A stretch of 55,837 nt of DNA from Actinomycetota bacterium (GTDB taxonomy: Bacteria; Actinomycetota; Acidimicrobiia; Acidimicrobiales; JAMCQF01), in contig JAMCQF010000120.1 in assembly GCA_023379605.1 (NCBI GenBank), positions 1-55,837 of the forward strand. Direction: 5' to 3'. The position numbers and the translations under genes were made by a program. Below, piece after piece: positions 9,606-18,306 of the stretch. How positions within the stretch are numbered: position 1 is the first letter of the stretch; each line of letters opens with the position of its first letter. Under the pieces are notes generated by a model, which was not told the origin of the DNA, searched no databases, and saw only the letters and a program-made list of their open reading frames with translations.

Positions 9606-11386
9606 GCCACACGCTCCACGGTCAGCAGGTGCGCGGGTCGCTGTTTTGGATCGAGCATGACAAAGTTCCTAGCTCCACGCCAGGCGTAGGTGGCGCCGTC
9701 AAGCACGTCATGGACAAAGAACTCCTCTGTATCTGCAATGCCCAGCTCTTTTAAGTCCAGGGTCACAAATCCAGATTGGGGCCATCGCCAGTCCAGATTT
9801 ACGAGCCCGATAACCACATCGGTTAACTCGGGGTCTGTCTTGGACCAGCAGATCAGCTGCTCGTTATCCACATTGTGGAAGTGCAGGTGGTGATCCCGCT
9901 GCAAAGCAGGGTGCGCGCGGCGTGTGGCGTTTACCCTGGCAATGGTTCCTGCGAGGCTGGAAGGGTCGTCTAGGTCGTGGAAGCGAACCTCGTACTTCTC
10001 TGAGCGCAAGTACTCCTCGCTACCCTCGGCCAGAGGCTCATGCTCGCCAAGCTCGTAGAGCGGGCCATAGATCCCATAGTTCGCGGACAGCCCGGCCGCG
10101 AGGACGAGCCTGGCTATAAAAGCAGGCCGGCCGCCCTCGCGCAGGCTTGCAGCGAGGATGTCAGGGGTGTTCGGCCAGACGTTCGGCCTTAAGTAGTTGG
10201 CGCCAGGTCCATGTGCTAGCTCCTCGAAGTACCCGGTGAGCTCGGCCTTGGAGTTTCTCCATGTGAAGTACGTATACGACTGGTCAAAGCCAAGCTTTGC
10301 CAGCCTGTGCATGACATGGGGCCTTGTGAAGGCCTCCGAGAGGAAGATCACCTCTGGATGGTTCGAGCGTACCTGGGAGATCATCCACTCCCAGAAGGCA
10401 AACGGCTTGGTATGGGGATTGTCAACCCGGAATATCCTAACCCCACGCCTGATCCAGACCAAGGTGACCTCAAGCAGGGCATTCCAGAGCTCTTCCCAAT
10501 TGGGGCTGGAGAAGTCAAAGGGAAATATGTCCTCGTAACGCTTGGGCGGGTTCTCTGCGCAGGCAATTGTCCCGTCGGGGCGGTGTCGGAACCATTCGGG
10601 GTGCTCGCTTACCCATGGATGATCAGGAGAGCACTGGAAGGCCAAGTCCATGGCAAGCTCGATTGCGTGGTCGCGCGCCGCATCGAGGAGGCGATCAAAG
10701 GCCTCAAGCCCTCCCAGGCAGGCCGCCACGGTGTCATGACCACCCTCAGGCGATCCTATGGCCCATGGGCTTCCCACGTCGCCTGGATTTGCCACAGTTG
10801 AGTTCCTGGGGCCTTTGCGCGCCGTTGTGCCTATGGGGTGTATAGGGGGAAGGTACAGGACGTCAAAGCCCATCTCTGAGATGTAGTCAAGCCTGCCTGC
10901 CACGTCGTCCAAGGTGCCAGCCCGTGTGGGATCAGGGCTGGCAGAGCGGGGAAACAGCTCGTACCAGCTAGAGAATGCTGCTTTAGGCCTCTGGGCGAAA
11001 ACCCGAGCCATAGCTGTGCAAGGGGATTGCATGGAGGAACCACTGGTGCCTATTACCTCGAACTCCCACTCACCCACAGACAACGGTACGAAGGACCCCT
11101 CGAAAAGGTCATTTCCCACCGGGGTCATCTCCTGGCATGCCCAGCTTTTTCCGGGCGTGCCAGCTTGCCTGTAGCGCAGCTGTGCGTAGACCGCTTCGTG
11201 GCCATGGCTGAACACGGCAGCCCTTACCTTTACAGGGTCGCCTACAACTGCCTTGGCTGCAAAGCGCCCGCTGTTGACCAAGGGCTCCAAGTCCTCGATG
11301 ACGACGTCGCTCATCTTCAGGGTTGCTGGCGCAGGGTATCTCGGCATGTCCCAGCATTCATGGTAGCTGGAGTCTGAAGATGCCAT
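9602..11386 (-). CDS. glgE: alpha-1,4-glucan:maltose-1-phosphate maltosyltransferase
   Basis: 594-aa ORF with GRFAAKAVVGDPVKVRAAVFSHGHE, WYELFPRS, FRVDNPHTKP and WPNTPDIL, which are GlgE hallmarks. The start is uncertain (ATG 11386, 11347 or 11314). Confidence 0.9.
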   Translation of the reverse strand: MASSDSSYHECWDMPRYPAPATLKMSDVVIEDLEPLVNSGRFAAKAVVGDPVKVRAAVFSHGHEAVYAQLRYRQAGTPGKSWACQEMTPVGNDLFEGSFVPLSVGEWEFEVIGTSGSSMQSPCTAMARVFAQRPKAAFSSWYELFPRSASPDPTRAGTLDDVAGRLDYISEMGFDVLYLPPIHPIGTTARKGPRNSTVANPGDVGSPWAIGSPEGGHDTVAACLGGLEAFDRLLDAARDHAIELAMDLAFQCSPDHPWVSEHPEWFRHRPDGTIACAENPPKRYEDIFPFDFSSPNWEELWNALLEVTLVWIRRGVRIFRVDNPHTKPFAFWEWMISQVRSNHPEVIFLSEAFTRPHVMHRLAKLGFDQSYTYFTWRNSKAELTGYFEELAHGPGANYLRPNVWPNTPDILAASLREGGRPAFIARLVLAAGLSANYGIYGPLYELGEHEPLAEGSEEYLRSEKYEVRFHDLDDPSSLAGTIARVNATRRAHPALQRDHHLHFHNVDNEQLICWSKTDPELTDVVIGLVNLDWRWPQSGFVTLDLKELGIADTEEFFVHDVLDGATYAWRGARNFVMLDPKQRPAHLLTVERVA

Positions 11387-11516
11387 GTGACGCTTGCTCG
11401 GAGACGCGATGGCACTGGATCGAAGCTGGCTCTAAAGTAGGCACGACCCAGCAATTGCCTGCCAAGATCCGACCAGGGCTCGACAGTAGGCACAGTAGGC
11501 AGGAAAGGGCGGACAG

Positions 11517-12941
11517 ATGACCAGCTATCACCACGAGAGCATCTACATAGATGGGGCTTGGGTGCCCTCGGCTGGACATGGGTCGATCGAGGTCGTTAAC
11601 TCGACGACCGAGGAGGTTATGGGCTCTGTTCCGGCCGGCAATGGCGAGGACGTCGAGCGTGCAGTTGCCGCTGCACGCGCTGCGCTGGAGGCCTGGTCAG
11701 CAACCTCACTGGAGGAAAGGACCAAGGTTCTTACCCGCATCCAGGAGGGCCTAACAGCCAGGATGGCTGAGATTGGTGAGCTCATAGCCAAAGAGCTGGG
11801 CATGCCTCTTGCGCTCGCAAACCTGATCCAGGCGGGCCTTCCTATCGCAGACTTCGCCACTACTGCGGCTGCCGCTGCGCAGATCCCCTTTGAAGAGCGC
11901 ATTGGCAACTCGCTTGTGGTGCGTGAACCGGTAGGGGTGGTTGGCGCCATCACCCCTTGGAACTACCCGCTGCACCAGATCGCAGCGAAGGTGGCACCGG
12001 CGCTCGCCGCAGGGTGCACCGTTGTGCTCAAGCCAAGTGAGGTCACCCCACTTAACACCTTTATCCTCGCAGAGGTGATAGATGAGGCAGGGCTGCCTGC
12101 TGGTGTCTTCAACCTCGTCACAGGCACGGGCGCGGAGGTAGGTGAGGCCCTCGCCGAGCACCCCCAAGTCGACATGATCTCCTTTACCGGCTCGACCCGA
12201 GCAGGTAAGCGTGTCGCTGAGCTGGCATCTAGGACAGTAAAGCGAGTAGCTCTGGAGCTGGGCGGGAAGTCAGCCAACATCATTCTCGACGATGCCGATC
12301 TTGCCAAGGCTGTAAATGCCGGGGTCTCGGACTGCTATCTCAACTCGGGACAGACTTGCGTCGCACTTACCCGCATGCTCGTGCCCAGGGACCGGCTTGC
12401 GGAGGTAGAGGATCTTGCCGTCAAGGCAGCTGAGTCCTTTACACCAGGTGACCCACTGCAAGAAGGCACCCGGCTTGGCCCCCTGGTGTCGGCCGCGCAA
12501 CGAGAGCGGGTGCGCAGCTATATACGCAAGGGCATAGAGGAGGGAGCGAAGCTCCTAACCGGTGGTGCAGAGCCGCCTCAGGGTCTGGAGCGCGGGTTCT
12601 TCGTCCGACCGACGGTCTTCTCCGAGGTGAGAAACGACATGACAATTGCGCAAGAGGAGATCTTCGGGCCCGTGCTCTCGATCATCGCATATGACGATGA
12701 AGATGATGCCGTAAGGATTGCCAATGATAGCCCCTACGGGCTTTCCGGAGCAGTCTGGTCATCAGATCCAGATCGCGCCCTAAAAGTGGCTAAGAAGCTG
12801 AGGACCGGGCAAGTGGCAGTTAACGGCGGAGGGTTTAACGTAGCCGCTCCTTTCGGCGGGTACAAGCAGTCAGGCTACGGTCGCGAATACGGCAAGTATG
12901 GCATTGAGGAGTTTCTAGAGATCAAGTCCCTCCAGCTCTGA
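11517..12941 (+). CDS. NAD(P)-dependent aldehyde dehydrogenase
   Basis: 474-aa ORF. ALDH family motifs: ITPWNYPL, catalytic [10 protein letters not shown] and NSGQTCVA (Cys), [20 protein letters not shown]. Confidence 0.9.
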   Translation: MTSYHHESIYIDGAWVPSAGHGSIEVVNSTTEEVMGSVPAGNGEDVERAVAAARAALEAWSATSLEERTKVLTRIQEGLTARMAEIGELIAKELGMPLALANLIQAGLPIADFATTAAAAAQIPFEERIGNSLVVREPVGVVGAITPWNYPLHQIAAKVAPALAAGCTVVLKPSEVTPLNTFILAEVIDEAGLPAGVFNLVTGTGAEVGEALAEHPQVDMISFTGSTRAGKRVAELASRTVKRVALELGGKSANIILDDADLAKAVNAGVSDCYLNSGQTCVALTRMLVPRDRLAEVEDLAVKAAESFTPGDPLQEGTRLGPLVSAAQRERVRSYIRKGIEEGAKLLTGGAEPPQGLERGFFVRPTVFSEVRNDMTIAQEEIFGPVLSIIAYDDEDDAVRIANDSPYGLSGAVWSSDPDRALKVAKKLRTGQVAVNGGGFNVAAPFGGYKQSGYGREYGKYGIEEFLEIKSLQL

Positions 12942-13063
12942 TCCGGACTCGCCTGGTCCGTGGTTTGCCCTGCTTTAGCGTGGCGCACAGATCCTCTTCG
13001 CTTTGTGTGCCTGCCTGAGCGACTCGCCTGTGAGCTGGACGGTTGTGCATGCTTGGATCATCT

Positions 13064-13972
13064 TTACGGATTGGACCTATAGCCTGGCAGGGCGACCTTG
13101 TAGATGCAACAGTCGCAGTTCATCGCCGCTCCACCTATGAGCGCCTCACGCGCCCGCTCTAAGACAACTTCTACGAGCCGGGAGTCGCCTGCCATCTCCT
13201 TTCCAACATGGATGCGTGCCTGGGGATTGGAAGTTGCCCATTGGGCAACTTGTGACTTGATTCGATCTATGAGCACGCCAGCGAAGAGGAAGTAGGGGAC
13301 CACAGCGATCTTAGATGCACCCAGTCGCACGCACCGTTCGAGAGCCTGGGGCACGCTCGGGGGAGCAAGGGAGACAAAAGCTGGCTCGATCATAGATAGT
13401 ACCCCGGTGCCGCTGACTGGAACGGTGCCCGATGGGTCAGGAGCTATCTTGGCGGCAGTAGCGAGACCCTGGATCGAGCGCGAGTCAGCAAGGAGCCTCG
13501 AGACCTTGTAAAGCTCTGCATTGGCGTCAGGATCCGTTGAGCCACGACCCACCAGAACCACTGCGATATCTGGCCCACAGAGCCCAGCTGCGGTGGCGGA
13601 GATCTGGTCCTGGGCTGTTGCAAGCACGAGTGGATGGGTGCCCAAGTCGCGCCCGTAGAAGAAGTCGATCCTGGGATGCCTTGCTCTTGCCGTGCTGAGA
13701 GCTGCTGGCCCGTCCAGCTTTAGATGGCCTGCTGGCAGCAGCACGAGCGGTACGGCGACCACCTTGCTTACCCCCTTGGCGGCAAGGTCGTCTATTGCCT
13801 CGGTCAAGCCTGGCTCTGCGAGCTCTATGAACCCGGTTTTCACCTCCATTTGGGGTACCGAGCTGGCAACCTGGCGAGAGAGGTCTATGCACTGGGCAAC
13901 ACCCTCTTTGGACCTGGTCCCATGCCCTATGAGTAAAAGCCCAGTCTCAGCTGGCCTTCTGGCATTCATCAT
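13064..13972 (-). CDS. cbiX: sirohydrochlorin cobaltochelatase, long form with C-terminal Fe-S motif (CbiX-L; SirB-type not excluded)
   Basis: Duplicated CbiX halves (LLLIGHGTRS ... VPLVLLPAGH; VLVGRGSTDP ... VPYFLFAGV). The C-terminal MNCDCC fits the MxCxxC motif of CbiX-long. The start was moved to the tandem ATG ATG at 13972/13969. Confidence 0.83.
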   Translation of the reverse strand: MMNARRPAETGLLLIGHGTRSKEGVAQCIDLSRQVASSVPQMEVKTGFIELAEPGLTEAIDDLAAKGVSKVVAVPLVLLPAGHLKLDGPAALSTARARHPRIDFFYGRDLGTHPLVLATAQDQISATAAGLCGPDIAVVLVGRGSTDPDANAELYKVSRLLADSRSIQGLATAAKIAPDPSGTVPVSGTGVLSMIEPAFVSLAPPSVPQALERCVRLGASKIAVVPYFLFAGVLIDRIKSQVAQWATSNPQARIHVGKEMAGDSRLVEVVLERAREALIGGAAMNCDCCIYKVALPGYRSNP

Positions 13973-14001
13973 GAGCGGGAAAGGCGGGCGTAGAGCGAAG
14001 C

Positions 14002-14032
14002 CCCAAACAGCCAAGTCCCAAACAGCCAAGTC
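14002..14032. repeat. perfect 15-bp tandem duplication (cccaaacagccaagt x2) in the cbiC-cbiX spacer
   Basis: Read directly: 14002-14016 and 14017-14031 are identical. Confidence 0.95.
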
Positions 14033-14054
14033 TTAGTGGGTGCGCTGGTCATGA

Positions 14055-14699
14055 TCACGGTGCGGGCAGCTCCAAGGGTCCATGTTGCTTGGCTAGCCAA
14101 AGCTTGTAGATTGCGTTGAGCGTCGCAGCAGCTGGCGCGGATCCGCCCTTTTCTCCAATGTTGGTTATGGTCGGGATCTCGCTTAACTGACGAGCTTTCT
14201 CCTTTGACTGTGCTGCCCCTACAAAGCCAACTGGCATGCCGATCACAAGCGATGGCACTGTCAGGCCCTCAGTGATCTGCCGAGTTAGCTCGTCTAACGC
14301 TGTAGGTGCGCATCCGATCACAAATATTGCTCCCCGAGGGTGCCTGGATGCCGCCAACCTTATGGCCAGAGCCGAGCGAGTTGGCCAGCCGGTTGGAGAG
14401 GGCGATAGCTGGGAAATGCAGCACAGGGCTCCAGGGACGCTTAGCCCGGCACGAACCATCTCCACGTCGCATATGACCGGCGCACCCGAAGCGATAGCCG
14501 CGATCCCGGCATCCACGCTTTTTTCATCTATGACGATAGATGTTGCATAGTCCAGGTCAGCTGTTGCATGGATGACCCTTGCCACCACCTGCGCGACCGC
14601 AGCTGGAAAAGTTGATAGATCCACCCTTTTGGACAGGATCCCCATGCTCTCCTCTTCGATTCGGTGAGCTTTTCCCACGCCGATCTCGCCAGGGCTCAT
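14055..14699 (-). CDS. cbiC: precorrin-8X / cobalt-precorrin-8 methylmutase
   Basis: IHATADLDY, ICDVEMV, IGCAPTAL and IGEKGGSAPAAA are CobH/CbiC motifs. The ATG at 14699 forms an ATGA overlap with the ferredoxin stop. The longer ORF to 14774 is probably spurious. Confidence 0.9.
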   Translation of the reverse strand: MSPGEIGVGKAHRIEEESMGILSKRVDLSTFPAAVAQVVARVIHATADLDYATSIVIDEKSVDAGIAAIASGAPVICDVEMVRAGLSVPGALCCISQLSPSPTGWPTRSALAIRLAASRHPRGAIFVIGCAPTALDELTRQITEGLTVPSLVIGMPVGFVGAAQSKEKARQLSEIPTITNIGEKGGSAPAAATLNAIYKLWLAKQHGPLELPAP

Positions 14700-14950
14700 G
14701 ACGCCGTCCTTTGTGGAAGGCTTTCTGCAGTGCTTAAGTCTCTTATCGCACCTGGCGGGCAGATCTCCATGCATTCAAGACAGCCTGTGCAGAGATATAC
14801 CTCCAGGTACGGCTTGCGGGGAAAAGGCAGTAGAGCCTTGGTTGGGCAGGTGTATATGCACCCTCCACAGGCGGTGCAGCTATCATCGATACAAATGAGT
14901 GCAGGATGAATGGGTGCAGGGTTGAGGTTGCCCGGGTAGACCTCAGCCAA
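14696..14950 (-). CDS. small 2x[4Fe-4S] ferredoxin
   Basis: 84 aa with two canonical CxxCxxCxxxCP motifs (CTACGGCIYTCP and CTGCLECMEICP). A TTG start overlaps the cbiGH stop and its own stop overlaps the cbiC start. Confidence 0.82.
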   Translation of the reverse strand: MAEVYPGNLNPAPIHPALICIDDSCTACGGCIYTCPTKALLPFPRKPYLEVYLCTGCLECMEICPPGAIRDLSTAESLPQRTAS

Positions 14951-16886
14951 CGGTATCGACCTCTAGGTCGTCACAGTCGATGCGACTGTAGTGCCTGCCT
15001 GTGACCATGAGGCCATTGATCACTTTGGTATCAGAGGATCCGATGATCACACAGGTGCTCATGCCCACCTCTTCTGGGTCTATGTCTCCAAGGCAGGTGA
15101 GGACAACTCGCTCCCCGGAGCGACCAGCTGAGGTCACCACGCCGACGGGAGTGGAGGCGCAGCGGTGCTCTAAGAGGATCTCGCGTGCCCTGCCCAGCTG
15201 CCAAGCACGGCGCGAGGAACGGGGGTTGTAGATTGCCATAGCCATGTCAGCCTGTGCAGCAGCCCTGAGCCTGGCTTCAATCTGCTCCCAGGGGGTGAGC
15301 AGATCTGACAAGCTGATTACTGCGTGGTCGTGACCCAGCGGGGCCCCAAGGGCCGCTGCACTGGCGGTAGCCGCGCTAATACCTGGCACGACCTCCAAGT
15401 CGAGATCTCCAGGGATGCCGCTCTGGCTGGGCAGAGCTCGCAGGTGGCGGCCGAAGCTTGCTTTGAGCCCGGCTCTCCCAACTGCATCGATCACAACTGC
15501 AGCCATGGCGTATATGCCTGAGTCACCAGAGCACACTACTGCAACCCTTCTGCCCTCGGAGGCCTTGGAAACGGCCGTATGGGCACGGCGAAGCTCCGCT
15601 CCGATGGGGAACCTTAAAACCTCTTGGTTGGCAGTTATCGCATCAACGCATTGGTCCAGGTAAGGACCATAGCCGATGAGTACTTCGGCATGGCGCAAAG
15701 CGGCTGTGGCAGCCGGTGTGCGGTCGAGCCTTCCACCCGGACCAAGTCCCACGAGCGATATAGCCCCGCGAGGGCGCACACGCCTGGCTACGGCAATCGT
15801 GACGTGGGCTCTCTTGGCCTTGGGGCATACGAGCTCGCAGCCACTACCCGCAGCCAGGATCGCTGCAGCTTCGGCGACACTGGGTGTTCCAATAGCACAT
15901 TGGACATTCCTGCTCGGGCTCGGAACCTCGACCGTTGCCAGTTGGGTGCTGCTAAAGGCCCGGATTGGCAACCCCAGCTCAACTATGACCGGGTCCGATG
16001 CCCTGCGATCAATGGTGGCTATCTCGCAGATCGATGCCATGGAGAGCCCGGCCTGCCTGGTGACTTCCTCCAGTAGAGACAGCAGCTCTTTTGGGGGTGC
16101 CCCGGTGGATGCCCCTATACCCACTACCAGGCTTGGAGGGTGCAGGACCGCGACCTGCCGAGCAGGCTGTGGCCGGCCTCCTGGAGACTGCGGCCGGCGG
16201 ATCGAGCTCACCGCCAGGTCTCCCCTGGCTGGCGGTGGGTGAGGCTCTGGCAGGGCTTGACATTGTGAGCTCAGAGCCAACCTGGTCGGCTCTGAGCTTC
16301 TGAGCAGGCTATCGCAGGAGGAGTCAGTGATAATCATCCTCGGCCTATCTGGTTCGAGCGCGTGCTCGGCCGTTCGGGTGGCTGCCGAGAGAAGTTTCGG
16401 CGGAAGCGGCCAGTTGAGAGGATTGTCTATCTCCAGGCCCATCCCATCTATGAGAGCCAGCTCAGCTGGAGCGAGGTCCCCATGAGCGGGAAAGCCATAG
16501 AGCGTGTCCAGCGCAGGCGTTGCTGTCGCATCGGATGCGGTGGTAATGATGGGCATCGAGCCAAGTATTGCACTGACTTCCTCTGCAAGGTCGTTGGCAG
16601 ATCGCATGTGGTGGGGATCGCTTCTTGAACCATGGCCGCCACACAGCGCGATCGCAAACCGTGCCCTTTCATCGACGCACACAACCGCAGGATCATCGCC
16701 TTTATGTGTAAGTAGCGGTGCAATGATGCGCACTGCGGCACCTGTCGCCAAGAACAGGATGAGCCCGTCAACAGTGGTCCATCTCTTCTTGATGGTTGCG
16801 GCTGCGTTGCCATGAGAATGCTCGTAGGGAAGCTTATTGGCTAGAGCAGATCCTCGAGCTGTGACGGTCACGGTCAGGACTCTCAT
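14943..16886 (-). CDS. cbiH: CbiG / precorrin-3B (cobalt-factor III) C17-methyltransferase fusion (CbiG-CbiH)
   Basis: The N-terminal ~370 aa are CbiG-like (RVLTVTVTARG..LA.KL; LVVGIGASTGAP ... IATID.RA). The C-terminal ~260 aa are a class III tetrapyrrole methylase (ISLVGLGPGG, VVCSGDSGIYAMA). Start taken at ATG 16886, just after the cobL stop. Alternatives are 16898 and 16934. Confidence 0.87.
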   Translation of the reverse strand: MRVLTVTVTARGSALANKLPYEHSHGNAAATIKKRWTTVDGLILFLATGAAVRIIAPLLTHKGDDPAVVCVDERARFAIALCGGHGSRSDPHHMRSANDLAEEVSAILGSMPIITTASDATATPALDTLYGFPAHGDLAPAELALIDGMGLEIDNPLNWPLPPKLLSAATRTAEHALEPDRPRMIITDSSCDSLLRSSEPTRLALSSQCQALPEPHPPPARGDLAVSSIRRPQSPGGRPQPARQVAVLHPPSLVVGIGASTGAPPKELLSLLEEVTRQAGLSMASICEIATIDRRASDPVIVELGLPIRAFSSTQLATVEVPSPSRNVQCAIGTPSVAEAAAILAAGSGCELVCPKAKRAHVTIAVARRVRPRGAISLVGLGPGGRLDRTPAATAALRHAEVLIGYGPYLDQCVDAITANQEVLRFPIGAELRRAHTAVSKASEGRRVAVVCSGDSGIYAMAAVVIDAVGRAGLKASFGRHLRALPSQSGIPGDLDLEVVPGISAATASAAALGAPLGHDHAVISLSDLLTPWEQIEARLRAAAQADMAMAIYNPRSSRRAWQLGRAREILLEHRCASTPVGVVTSAGRSGERVVLTCLGDIDPEEVGMSTCVIIGSSDTKVINGLMVTGRHYSRIDCDDLEVDTVG

Positions 16887-16887
16887 A

Positions 16888-18306
16888 TCATTGTGCATCC
16901 TTTTCACCCCAGCACAGGAAGACGGGATTGGCACCGTTCAGTCGCCAGCTCCCATCTGGAAGCTTACTTGCCCTATTGGCAGTAATCTGGACGAGATTCC
17001 CACACAGCTCCGCTGCTGCTGCTGCTCGGTCCAGAGAGGCAAAGGTGGCAGCGGCGCGACCACCAGGCTTCAACCGCTCCATGGCTGCGCATAGAACGTC
17101 AATCCCACCTCCTCCTACGAAGACTCTGTCGGGATCAGGCAGGCCGCCGAGAGCAGCGGGTGCAGTACCTAGGACAATCCCAAGCTTGGCTGAGTGTTGA
17201 AGCGCGTTCCTTTCGATCTGCGAGACCCTTTGCCTGTCGGCCTCGATGGCAATTACCCGCAAACTGGGTTGCAGCAAAGAGCACTCTATTGCGACGCTGC
17301 CGCTTCCTGCTCCGATGTCCCACATCACTCCTTGGCTGGGAAGGGCAAGCTTGCCTAGGACGGCGGCTCTTACCTCGGCCTTTGTGATCAGCGCTCCGGT
17401 TCGCTCATAGTTGGCCTCGTCCAAGCCCCACGCGAGCACGCGCTCTGTGGGTTGAGGCACCTTTGAGCACAGCAGCACCACGACCGACAGGGGATCCCAC
17501 CTGCCTTTTGCCAGGCCCTTAAGATCTGTCCAGACTACGCTGTTGGCGCCGGAGTGCCCGTGGTTGTCAAAGCTCGAAGGGATGGCCCCATCCCGAGAGC
17601 TTGCAGCACCGCACCCATTGCCGGTTCCTCTTCGAGCCAGCAGCCCCCCGGTTGCACCCAGCTCCACTCTGGTGCATACCGCCACCCTGTCGAAGCCAAC
17701 ACCTTCCTGCTGGAGAGCTGCGCCCACAGCTTCGGGCGGGCAGCTTGGCGAGACCAGCACTGCTGCCTTGCCGGTGGTCTGAGCTGCTCGTTTTAGGGCT
17801 CGGATGCCCCGCTCCAATGGCCTTGCGTGGACCGAGACAACAACGGCGTCATCCCATGGGATGGACAGCCTGGCAAATGCCAGCGACACCGAGGAAGGCG
17901 CCGGGTAGACCGCGCAGGAGCCCTCCCCGAAGCGATCTACGAGTGGGCGTAGCACCCCGAAGAACCCTGGATCCCCAGAGGCCAGGACCGCCACATTGTG
18001 ACCTCTGTGGTAGCTGGCAGCTATCTCCTCCAATACCTCAGCCAGATCGGCGAGAATTTCCTTGGTGCGTGCAATATCCGCCCCAAAGCCCCTCGCTCGC
18101 ATCCACCCTCGCCACGAATCTAGCTGGCGTACCCCTCCAACAACGAGGTCTGCTCCAAGCAGGGCTTGCGCTGCTGCAGGGTGAAGGCCCTCCAGGCTCT
18201 CGCCGCACATCCCAATCACTGAGATCTTTCCAGCCTGCTGAGCTTGGTCGTAGAAGCTCTCATGTTCTAGGTCTGTAGCCGGTGGCCCTGGAAAGTCCTC
18301 AGCCAT
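16888..18306 (-). CDS. cobL: precorrin-6Y C5,15-methyltransferase (decarboxylating), CbiE-CbiT fusion
   Basis: CbiE part: ISVIGMCGESL, LASGDPGFFG. CbiT SAM-MTase part: VMWDIGAGSGSVAIE, RVIAIE. Start taken at ATG 18306 next to the cbiD stop; the ORF extends to 18351. Confidence 0.87.
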   Translation of the reverse strand: MAEDFPGPPATDLEHESFYDQAQQAGKISVIGMCGESLEGLHPAAAQALLGADLVVGGVRQLDSWRGWMRARGFGADIARTKEILADLAEVLEEIAASYHRGHNVAVLASGDPGFFGVLRPLVDRFGEGSCAVYPAPSSVSLAFARLSIPWDDAVVVSVHARPLERGIRALKRAAQTTGKAAVLVSPSCPPEAVGAALQQEGVGFDRVAVCTRVELGATGGLLARRGTGNGCGAASSRDGAIPSSFDNHGHSGANSVVWTDLKGLAKGRWDPLSVVVLLCSKVPQPTERVLAWGLDEANYERTGALITKAEVRAAVLGKLALPSQGVMWDIGAGSGSVAIECSLLQPSLRVIAIEADRQRVSQIERNALQHSAKLGIVLGTAPAALGGLPDPDRVFVGGGGIDVLCAAMERLKPGGRAAATFASLDRAAAAAELCGNLVQITANRASKLPDGSWRLNGANPVFLCWGEKDAQ

